Below, piece after piece: positions 29,001 to 41,398 of a stretch of DNA of 64,000 nucleotides. The number at the start of each line of letters is the position of its first letter. Position 1 is the stretch's first letter. Position numbers and translations under genes: made by a program. The notes below the pieces were generated by a model that was not told the origin of the DNA, ran no database searches, and worked only from the letters and a program-made list of their open reading frames with translations. Where the stretch lies: NCBI GenBank assembly GCA_964016885.1, contig OZ024741.1, positions 387,686,001 through 387,750,000 on the forward strand, written 5' to 3'. This DNA comes from Eledone cirrhosa (lineage: Eukaryota).

Positions 29001-29659
29001 CACACACCCACCCACAATGTTAAATAGTTTGTTTGGCGTTAAATGAGGTTTTAAGCTTGCCTAAGGGTGTATCATCATCGTTGTTTTTACATCTGTTTTT
29101 CCACATTCACATGGGTTGGACAGGTCCTTCTCAACACAGCATCTCTTCACTCGTCACATTTCTTCACCATCTTCTCTATTTGTCTGTGATTTGAGATCAG
29201 CTCTCACCAACCCCATCCAGGTTTTCCTCAGTCTACCTCTACTGTATGCATTTTGAAACTTGGCTGATGCTTACCAGGTTTGAAACTTGCTTGTTACTAA
29301 AAAGTTTTGAAATTTATCCAATGCCAAACTAATTTTGAAGCCTGTCTTGCGCTAAACAAGCTTAGAAGCCTACTTGATGCTAAATTGGTTTAGATGGTTG
29401 TCTAGTTCTGAATTGTTTCACAAATAATAATAATAATATTTTCTTGCACTCTTTCATTGATTGTTCCATTCTCTGTTTCAGTTCTTTCTGCTTCGCGATC
29501 TCTTCAAAACTAAAAACTGTAATGTATTGCTAGTCCCTGAAGCAGATGAAGATGTCTGCTGGACTAAAGATAGATTTGCTGGACGAACAGGTCAGTTCAA
29601 ATTATCTCTTTTACTTAACTGTTTATTAACATTACATGCATACATACATGTGTATTTGA

Positions 29660-29713
<54 letters not shown>

Positions 29714-30113
29714 GTAATAAATGAAAGATATAACTTTATAACATCACTATTTATTTCATTATATATATTTTGGGGATGCAAAGATTTATGTTTAACATAA
29801 ATCAGAGCATGCCTTCTTTAAATAAAATACACATGAGATGTATAAAATGTTTGATGATATACTCGCAAGAGTGATCTTTACAGATCAATGACAAGCAAGT
29901 AAATACCCGCTTGTTTCGTTTATTACAAACATAAATCTTTGCATCCCCCAAATATATATAAGGAAATAAATAGTGATATTATAAAGTTATATCTTTCGTT
30001 TATTACTATTATTATCATAATACTCCAGATAAATGTTATTTGTTGAGTGCTTCGTATCTGTTATGAACATAACTCAGTTGATTACATATCAACGAAGTCT
30101 TTAACTCATTGTT

Positions 30114-30144
<31 letters not shown>

Positions 30145-33100
30145 TACCAAAATTATATTAAAGATGCCATGTCTAAGAATATCAGAAGCATGCACCATAT
30201 CACCTGTGGAATAAGCTCAAAGATTCCAAGTAATAAATCCAAGCATTTATTAACATTAAATTAAAATAATATATATAAATGTAAATCTGATTTTTTCGAA
30301 TATCAATAATAATATGCTGATCAGTCACTGTATATTCCAGAAAATATATATTTTCACTAGCTCTGACAGTTGGCAGGTGAGCAGTATACAGTACTGATGA
30401 AGGGTAATCATCCAGAATTATTAGTGTCTGCCATTCTGTTTATATGCCAACACAAGAGCAAGAATGACAGGGTCATTCTACTATCATGGTTTAAAGAGGC
30501 CTTTTGCATCATTGAAAATGAATCGAATATTATTATTAATATTCGAAAAACTCAGATTTACATTTATTGTATTTAGCCATGTAGAGTAATAAAACTATTT
30601 GTCACATATCATCATCATTTAACGTCTACCTTCCATGCTAGCATGGGTTAGACGGGAATTGTCCCACTTGAGGCAAGATTGATCGGATGACAGTCTCGCT
30701 CGTATAGGACTGTATCTGGCAGTTTTCTACGGCTGGATGCCCTTCCTAACACCAAACTCATTTACAGTGTGGCATCTACACGACCTCTTTAGTTTAGACT
30801 GGATGTTGTGGTACCAACATAACTTTATAGAGAAAGGGTGGTGTTGGTGGGAGTGGAAGGATGGAGTAGGGGTAGTGGATTGGGGAGTATATTTGGTTAG
30901 GAGGGGCTTACTGACTGTAGTTGAATGCTTCCTATTACGAAGCACTTTACATCATATACTGGGTGTGTTTAGGTCACTAAACACTAGGGAGGATGTCATG
31001 TCCTTGACACAACTGAAGGGTCCTCCCAACCATTTCATAAAATCCCAACACAGGATTGAAACTAGTTCAGTAAAACCCTCTTTTTCTATCCACAAAGATA
31101 TTGTATATAAAAAGAAGGTGTTAAACATCTATTGATGTATTCTGCAGTACAGCATCTAACCACCATCATTGTTATTCTCGTGTATGGATTACATGTAATG
31201 TCTATGTAATATTTTCATTTGTAGATCCAGAAGATGAAGAGGAGGATGATGAACAACAAAATTATGGCTATTTAGCAGATACACGTAGTTTTTTACCTGG
31301 GCATTTCGCCTGTAAATGCATATGGGAGTCCCATTTTCAGTTGCATCCCCGTTTGAAGAACTGTGCACAACGGACCAATGTTTCTACTGGTAAATTTGAT
31401 TCTAATCATCATTTATGTTGATGTCAAATGTATAGTAACTGCAGTTCTAATTTTGTTGACCTAAAGAATGAGAAGACTGTATCACCCATTTATTCCTGGG
31501 AGGGTCGTGGGGGCAGAGAGTTTGCCACTATTCCTTCCAGAAGGTCTTGTCAGAAGCAACCATCTGTCATTAATCTGGTTAGATCCCCAAGCGAGACCAG
31601 CAGAGCTTATGGATGATATCCAGCCATCTTGCTCAGGGTCTACCTTTGGGTCTCCTGCTGGGAATCAGACTCACAACCTTATGATTGTGAATCCAATCCC
31701 CTAATGGGTAAGCCACATGCCTTCACAACATGACTCATATTGTATTTTATTTTTGCAGGTATGCATGCCCTACGGTCTGTGTTACATACATTTTCTGTGG
31801 AAAATAGAAAAAATATGTTTGTTATCAAGGATAAATTAGATAATTATTTTTATGTAAGGTAAGAAACAATTTTTTATTGATTTATTTATTCTTTTGAAAC
31901 TTGCTTTTGAAATGAAACTAAAATAATACATATTGCATTTCAAAACAAACAAGTAACTTAGGAACTGAATCCTTCATTAGTTTTGATAGTGAGAATCCTG
32001 TTGTTTGATCAAGTGAACTACTAGTTAAATTAACACTTAAGTGGTTGAAGAAGGGCAATTTCTGTCTGTCTGTCTGTCCATCTGTCTGTGTGTGTGTGAG
32101 TGTGAGAGAGAGAGAGATCAGCCTATAACACTGGTACTTTTGTTTATTGACCTCGCAAGGATGAAAGGAAAAACTGACCTCAGTGGTATTTGAACTCGGA
32201 ACACAGAAACCCAGAATGAATGCCATAAACCATTCCTATCTGGCTTTCTAATTACTCAGCCAATTCACTGCCTTAATATACCCTGTATATTCATGAATAA
32301 GTAAGTCATACTGCTATATAAGTCATAACCCCTATTTTACATACAACATTCTTGACTTAGTACTACAGTTCCAGATAAGGATTCATAGGTTCAGTAGCTA
32401 AATTACATGTTGCTTTTTATATTTTTTTTTTTTAAGAAGTTGTGTTTCCTACATGAGTATATATAGTAGTTATTTGAGTTCAAATCCCACCAGGGTTAAC
32501 ATTATCTTACATTTTTCTGAAATCAATAAAATAAGTACCATTCCTGTACAGGAGTCGATTTAAATCGACTTTCTCCTTCCCACAAATTGCCAGCTCTCTG
32601 CCTAAATTAGAAATGATTTTTTTTGTTATAAGTAGTCTAGTACATTCACCTACCAGTGCCTCCTATAATGAAATTACTAAATACCAATAACATAACATAC
32701 TATATATTACAGATTAAATGAAGGTAAACTAAGTTGCAGTTCTGATGATTTGGGAAACAGTCGGCAAGATTATGACTGCTCATTTTCAGGTTTGTTTCAT
32801 TTATTCATGCTTTTATTCTTTTACTGGTTTTAGTCATGCAGAGGCACCACCTTGAAGTGATTTAGTTGATCATATCAACCCCAGTACTTATTTGTTTAAA
32901 AGTCTTATTTGGTACTTTTTTTTATCAATCTCTCTTTGTCAAACCATTGTTATGGGACATAAACAAACACACATATTCACAGCCCACTCTATAAAGTGGT
33001 AGTGTCAGAGTCATGATAAGATGCACCCAGTCCACACTGTAAGGCAGTAATGCTGGTGCCACAACAAAAATCACCCAGTACACACTGTAGAGTGGTTGAC

Positions 33101-33261
33101 ATTAGGAAGGGTATCCAGCCATAGGAACCAAGCCAAAAATAGTGTATACAAGCAGGATGTGATCACCTGACTTGTCTAGCCTCAGTACCTAGCAGTCCAT
33201 CTAACCCATGCAAAGTTAGAAAATAGATGTTAAACAGTAATGAGGATATATACATGTATAT

Positions 33262-33321
<60 letters not shown>

Positions 33322-36300
33322 ATACGTGTATATATATATATATATATATACGTGTATATATATATATATATATATACGTGTATATATATATATATATATA
33401 TACTAAACTGGCAACCCCACCCAGCTTGCTTGGTGAGGAGGGTGATATTTAGACACCCTGTGGGATGAAATACAAGACCCGGCTATCCGCTGTACTCAGT
33501 GAACGGCCATCCAAATAGTACCTTTTTTTTGTTCACCTGGGAGTGAAAGGCCCCCAGTTGTTGTCACAACACCTTCCTAGGATAGGGAAACTCTGAAAAA
33601 AACCTGCGGCCTCGGAACCATCCGATGACGCTGACCAGTTCTCCTTTTCGGGTAGTGTTTTCGATGCTCAGAGAGTGGGATTGGTCAAGTGAAAGGCCTT
33701 TCCCCACTTAAAAAACCTTCAAAGTACAGGCATTGCTTGTTGAGGATCTGTTACAGGTTTGTGTGGCTGGCTATAGCACTAAAAGTGCACCAAACTCTAT
33801 AATATGACAAGCGATTGCAATACTCTTAGCAGAGATTGCAGCCTTCATATATATGTAAGTAAACAGAAACAATAAAGCTGACAACATAGTACTCTATACC
33901 ACAAAGCATATTGTCCAATGCTTGACTGATACTGCCAATCCGCCACCTATACCACTGCTAATATAATAAAAAACAAAAACAAAAAATAGATAAAACTTTA
34001 CTAAAACTTGACTCTTAACAACCTGTAATGTGATGCAATTGTAGTGCTGCCATATTCAAGAATGGTTTGCTAATGTGGTTTCATGTGGCACACAACATTA
34101 AAGTGAATATGTCTGTTTTATATTTCAGATTACACAACAGTTTCACCAATCCTTAATTCAAAGAGAGATGATGATGAGGTTGGTTACATAGATGCACTTA
34201 TATTATATTTACTGTGTCACTCTGCAAACATCATAACCCTTTATATCCTATAAGGACTTAGAAAATATCTAAAAAAATATATATGTATACGAAAAGTAAA
34301 CAGAAATAACAAAGAAAATGACAGTATAATGAAGAAATATATTAGTTTAATGCTTGATATAGTAGGAAAAGTGTTTTAACGTTTCGGACACCAGTCCTTC
34401 ATCAGAAGGTAGAATGAAAAATAGAAAGATAGAGAATGAGAAGAGGAAGGAACAGAAAAAAAACAATTTTTTGAGAAAGAATACTTACGTACTGAGCCAT
34501 TTTGGAGAAAAAAATAGAAAAAAAATAGGTTTGTTAATTCAAATGTTTGTAGCATCTTTACTCGTGGACAGATTGATGTGAAAATTTGCAGTATTAAAAT
34601 AAAGAAATTACTTTAAAGTGTGATGAAGTCTTAGTGCTGTATTATTTTACTATTCAAGAATGTCATGCTTATGTGGTTTCATGTGGTACAAGACATTAAG
34701 AGTTAAATAAGAACTAAGATAATATTTAAATTTAGACACGGAAGTGTTTTGTTATAACACATTGTGTATGTGTGTGCATGTTTGTACATGTGAAAGATTG
34801 TGTGGGTGTATGTATGAAAGTGTGTGTATACATATATGAAAAGTCGTGTGTGTATGTGTAAAAAACAGCATGTGTGTGGTTGTGAAACAAGCATGTATGA
34901 AAGTGTATGTGTGAAAGCATGTGGATATGGATATGAATGTATGTGTGCAAAGAGTGTTTGTCTGTTGCCTTGTTATAAAGCAAAATGTTCTGTTGTTTGT
35001 GTTTTTCTGTTTCATTGCTCAAACTGTAGTAGTTCCAAGTCGAACTCACATATCTACATTCAAGCATGCAAATCTCCTTTCTCTTCACCCTACTGATGTT
35101 ATCCACCATGATGTTGCAGACAAACTTAGGATGTAAACAACCAAAAGTAATATTGCAAGGCATCATGTCTGGCACTTGAAAAATTCTGCCATGGACTGCT
35201 ACTTCATTTATTGACCCCCAAAACAAATACAAAGCAAAGTTGACCTCAGCAGGATTGCAATTCAGAGTGCAAACATTGTAATCAAACGCTCATGATGTAG
35301 TGTGCAAGAAGACTGTGTTGGTATGGGCATGTGATGCACATGGAGGGTGATTGCTGGGTGAAGAAGTGCCATGAAATCCCAGGGGAAGGAAGTTGCAGTA
35401 GAGATATACCAAGAAAGTTCTGGGCAGAGGTGGTGAAAGCTGATCTCAAATCACTAAGATGACAAAGGAATGTGGAAAGATGCTGTGCTGAAAAGGACCA
35501 ATCTAACCCATACAGGTGTGGAAAGGCAGACGTAAAAACGATGAAGAAGATGATGATTGTAACAACTTTTTTCAAATCCCTGCCATTCTTCTTAAACTGT
35601 TGAACTGATATTTCATTGTCCTGCTTTTGAATTGAATATTGTTTCAAATTTTGTTCTCACCAGGAATCTTGCCGGTCACTTCGAGATGTTGATTCATTAT
35701 CCGTATCCTCTTTGGGAAGTTATGCTGGTAAACGTGCAGAGGAATGTATAGTAATGTGCATTCATGGTATCACACAGGCAGGTAAGGAATTCAATATATT
35801 TAGATTACTACAGTTGCTGTCAAGTTAGAGCACCTCTATGTATCTCTATATCCTCTCTATCACTCTAACACAAATATAATGTGCATCACTGACATCACCA
35901 CTTTTTCAGATATCTAATATGTGTGTGTGTGTGTGTGAGTGTGTCTAAGTCTGTGTGTGTTTGCTGCTATATGTGTCTCTGTGTGTGTCTATGTATGTGT
36001 ATCTATGTGTGTTTGTTGCGTCTGTGTATATGATGTTATTCAAATATGGGAAATATTAACTACTTTCATCCAACTCAGAAAATGCCAATTAGCTTGAGAA
36101 TTATTCACTTTGTTACACCCTAACATGCTCAGATATTTAACAAAAAGATTCTATAATTGTTAGAATAGATTATTTGGCTGTAAAATGTTAGAAATTTTTG
36201 CTTGTACCATATGTTAGAAATTTCAAATTTCACATTATTCCATCCAACTTAATGTCATAAGCATTTGATTGTGTATTTGAGCCAAGCAAGTTACTCCACT

Positions 36301-39300
36301 ATTTTCTGTTTACTTATCTGATGACAAGCTATCAATTCAGAGCTTTGGGAATATAATTGTTTCTACTTTTGGCACAAGGCCAGCAATCACCCAGTACATT
36401 ACTAGTACTTTATTTTTATCGACACCGTAAGGATGAAAGGCAAAGTTAACCCCGACGGGATTAACTTTGGGAATATAATGGAAATTCATTGTTTAGAAGG
36501 TTGTTAGATATTATGATCATAATGACGTGGGTTTGATTCCTGGACTATGTTGTGTGTTGTGTTCTTGAGCAAAACACTTCATCTCATATACTCAGCTGAA
36601 AATGAGTACCAGCAATAGCTGGAGGTTTAACCCTGCGATGGATTGGCATCCTGTCTAGGAGGAAGTCTTGTACTCTCAGTTGCTTAATGCCATAGAAACC
36701 AGGTTAAACACTAGCCTGATGAGGCTTCAGACTCAAGACAGACTTTAGACTTATTTTGCAGGTTGTTAGATATACATTTTTACCTGCTGCCTTGTAAAAT
36801 AAATAAGTAAAATGTCAATAAATATATTCTTGTCAAATTTTAATATACGCTAAATGTAAATATGGTGAGAAGTTGAAGACTGCATGGAGTGGAGAGTTCT
36901 CTTTTAGCCAGCAGTGGACAGAACAACCTCTGTAATGTTAGTTTATTGATAAAATGCTTCTAGTACACTCTGTTCCACAATAAAATGCACCCAGTTCACT
37001 CTGTAAAGGGGTTAGCCTAAACCATACCAAAATATGAAATATATCAGCAAGACATGGTTATCTGACCTGTCTAGTCTTGAACCATAATGACCTGTTCAAC
37101 CCGTGCCAACATGGAAAACTGACATAAAATTATGATGATCTCAGTTGTTATTTAGACTAATATTTTGTCTTTTTAATTATAGGAACTGAAATGAAAGAAA
37201 ACCTCGTCAAAATGTTGCAAAACAAGCTTGATGATAAAGTCTTGGATATTATTTCTGTGATGCTTGACAGGAACCCCAAATGTAAACTCAGTTTCCAAGA
37301 TGTCAGGGTAAGATAATTTCTGTTGTTGTTCAGTTTAATCCTTTTGACACCAAACCACCCAATACTTCCCTAGATTCTATGACACTAGGCTGATTATAAT
37401 TATTATTTTAAAGTGTTTGTATTTATCTAAATATCTTCCATCATAATTCTTTGTAAGAATCTTTGTTAATTTATGTTTCAAATTCCAGATAATAAAATAC
37501 CTCTAAATTTTTGATTATTTTCAAAGTATTGTAATTTGATAATCATAGGCAGTTTCTTTAGACAGTAGTACCATGTCTAATGTACCAATCTTCTGGTCAG
37601 GTGTGGATCTTATCTGTTCTAACCTACAACTATTAAGTCTACTTATTAGATTTAAAATTTTTGACTTTTTTGTGTTGAAAAAAATGTTATGAACTTATAT
37701 GAATCTTTCTAGAATTGATAGGCAGCAAAACCACTTTGGGATGTGCGAAACATCACAATTTCTCCTATACTCATCCCTAGCAGAATATTAAGATTTTGGC
37801 CATTTTTAACCAATTCTTAAATGTCAAGTATATTAAGAACTGGCAGCAGTACCTAGCATTGCCTGGGTAGGTAAAATAATATCTGCTTTGATGAAAAGGT
37901 GTTGATCTTAGCAACTGCAAGTTTCTTGAAAATCGGTTGTAAGGTGTAGCAAATGGCGAAATGTTGAGTGAAATCGTATGGAATATGTGGGAGGTGGAAA
38001 AAATCGTATTTAGAAGAGTTAAACAGCTGCCACGCCATCCCTGAGCAAAAAATGCAAAGTGTACTATAAGATGTGCAATGATAGGTTCTATCATAGTATA
38101 AAAGTTGAACCAAATAAATTGATTTATGTGTGAGGTGGAGCTGAAGTTTTGAATTTGAACGAAATCGGTTGAAAAATGTGGGAGCTAGAGCCGAAAAGGT
38201 GGTATTTTCGAATATTTAAGCCGCTGCCTGCCACGCCGTTCCTGAACAAAAAATCCAAAATGTAAAGCCACTTTAAGACGTGAAATAATCAGATCTAGCG
38301 TAGTGTAAAATTTGAACAAAGTAGGTTGATTAATGTGGGAGCTAGAGCCGAAAAAGTAGAAATTTGAGTCTATAAGTGTTATTTTTTAATATTTAAGTGG
38401 CTGCTACGCCGTGCCTGAACAACAAATGTAAATATAACACCATTACAGAATGTGCAATGATAAATTCTATTTTGCTTTAAAATTTGAATGAAATCGGTGG
38501 CAAAATGTGGGAGCTAGAGCCAAAAATCTTATTTTTCGATACCTAAAAAAAGGTGACCCCCCCCCCCCCCCCCTATCGATTTTTATCTGCAGAATGACCT
38601 CGGAATAAAAAACGATATGCTGATATATAGAAAACACTCCCCGAGGACTAATCTATGAGCCTGTAAAGTTTCATGAAAATCGATCGTAAGATGTAGGCCC
38701 CTATAGGTAATACACAGACACACACACATACTTAATTTTATATATATACAGATAATTCACATTGGTAATGGTGGTTGTGTTGGGGACATAACACAAGGCA
38801 CCCAGTCCACCCTGTAAAGAGGTTGTGTTAGTAACACAGAAAAAAGCACCCAGTCTAACCTGTCAGTTGGTTGTTTTGGTGTAATGTAGTTGGAGGGTAT
38901 CCAGCCAGAAAAACCAAGCCAAAAACAATTCTATATGAGCAAGACATGGTCACCTGATCTGACTTGTCTCACAACGTCAGGACCACTCATCTAACCCATG
39001 CTAGTGTGGAAAATAACGTTAAATGAGGATGATGCACCTAAACATGCTCAGATAACTCACAGATTTATCAAAATAGATAAATTTGAGAATTTTCAATTAA
39101 AAACTCTATCTACAGGAATAAACATATTTATTAGAAATTCAAAATTTTGCCTCACTGAATCCAACTTAATGTCAAATTTTTTAACAATTATTGACATTTT
39201 TGTCCCCAAAAAGGTGTTATGAGCTTGTGTGAGCCATTTTACCTGAAATAAGGCATTACGAGCCATTCTATCAGAAAAAGACATTATGGGCCTGGATGAG

Positions 39301-41357
39301 CCATTCTACCTGAAAAAAGGTATTATGTGCTTGTGAGAGCCCTTCTACCAGAAAAAAAGCTGTTATGAGCATGTGTAAGCCATTCTACCAGGTAGGATGG
39401 ATTGTGAAAATAATTTCGCAATTTCTTCCAAACAATATTAAGATTTCAACCAACTTCTAAAAGGTCAAGTTTCTTGAGAATTATTCACATTATTGTACCT
39501 AAGCATATACAAAAATAGGTTTGAGATTTGTTAAGTTAATTGTTGCTCTGGCTGCAAACAGGAAACACATTTGTATACAATAGCAGTTGGTTTAAGCATA
39601 GGAACCCAAGATTTTTAGTGTGTTTAAAGGGCTATCCTACAACTGATGGGTTGACCATTGATAGCACTAAAAGATATGCTGGTGCAACCTATAGATATAT
39701 TATTATGGTGGAAATTTAACTGGTACTGAATGGACAGTTTGAATTTCAACCTCCTTAAGAATATTTGTTTTTAATTCATGCATTTCCCTCCCCCTCTGTC
39801 TTTTATTATTTTAACAGTTCATTCAAAGATACAAAGAAAAGCCAAAAGACACTGTCTATTTGACTGTTCCTAACAGTAGTTTAAAACACCTGTTTCCACT
39901 GAGTTATTACCTGAAACAGAACTTGTTACAGTTTGTTAATATACCAAACTATGTAGATAATCACCCTTCAAAACACTTTATCGTATGTACACACTGATTT
40001 TTTTAATATAAGTTTTATTATGTTTGTTACCGTAGTACTGTTATCTATATATAAATTTCTGCAATTCTGTCACAACACGTAAAGAGAGAGGTGTAGTTTG
40101 ACTACCTCATACTACTCCTCTCTCTCGTCTGCTGCTTGCGTGAATGTGTGTGTGTAAAAGAAAGGAAGTGGATGGTGAAAAAAACTGCGCTGTGTGAGTG
40201 TATGTGTGTGTTTATGTAAATGTATGTCTGTGAGTGTGTATTTTTCCAAGTGTGTCTGTGTTTGCACGGTTATATTTATATACTCATACATATAAATGTA
40301 TGTATATGGACATACAGACACGCATACACATATACACTTTAGAGTCAGCATATGGAAAAAAAATTCTAGTATTGTATATTCTCACTGAAATGTCTGTTAC
40401 CATAGTATTGTTATATATAGTGTATGTTCCCACTAATATGTCTGTTACCATAGTATTGTTATATATAGTGTATGTTCCCACTAATATGTCTGTTACCATA
40501 GTATTGTTATATATAGTGTATGTTCCCACTAATATGTCTGTTACTATAGTATTGTTATATATAGTGTATGTTCCCACTAATATGTCTGCTACCATAGTAT
40601 TGTTATATATAGTGTATGTTCCCACTAATATGTCTGTTACCATAGTATTGTTATAACCTAGGATGAGGTCATAAAAACTGACCTTGCTCACTTACACCTC
40701 TCTAAGACAATGTCACTGGATTGAGATTTTTGGCACTATGCAGTTATACAGAAGACCCACCTTCCCTTACATACAAACTTAAACCTACAGTAAGTAGGCA
40801 CCTCTTAACCCAATGTACACCCTACTCCATACTCCTATTTCCGTCCACTGTAAAGTGGTCATGTAGGTGACATGACAAAAAGCACCCAGTCCACACTGTC
40901 AAGTGGTTGTGTAGGCAACATGATAAAAAGGCTCCCAGTCTACAGTGTAAATATGGTCACTGTTAGGAAGGACATCCAGCTGTAGATAACCTGCCAGGGA
41001 CAGTTCTGTATGAGCGAGACACGGTCTCCCGACCAATCTCGCCTCAAGTGGGACAAAACCGTCCAACCCATGCTAGCATGGAAGATGGATGTTAAACGAT
41101 GATGATGATGATGATTGTATGTTCTCATTGATATGTAATGTTATGAGACAAATCAGGTTAGGAGACCATGTCTTGCTCATACGGATCTGTATTTTGGCTT
41201 GGTTTCTACAGCTGGATGCCCTTCTTAACAGCAACCATGTTACAGTATGGACTAGAAGCTTTTTATTACGGCACCAACACAACCACTTAGCAGGATGGAC
41301 TGGGTGCTTTTCTTGTTGTGGTACATACATATATATATATATGTGTGTGTGTGTGGA

Positions 41358-41398
<41 letters not shown>

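Noticed and set aside
33240-35232. Y/I/H/T-rich ORFs (also near 41073-41621, 53935-54216 and 60561-60956)
   Set aside because: Translations of (TA)n/(CA)n microsatellite-rich DNA.
36690-36745. GAAAC...CTGATGAG as a hammerhead (also ~58535-58575)
   Set aside because: I could not build consistent stems; it is the ordinary 3' part of the SINE domain.
40234-40691. Repetitive 135-140 aa ORFs
   Set aside because: Products of the 48-bp tandem repeat.
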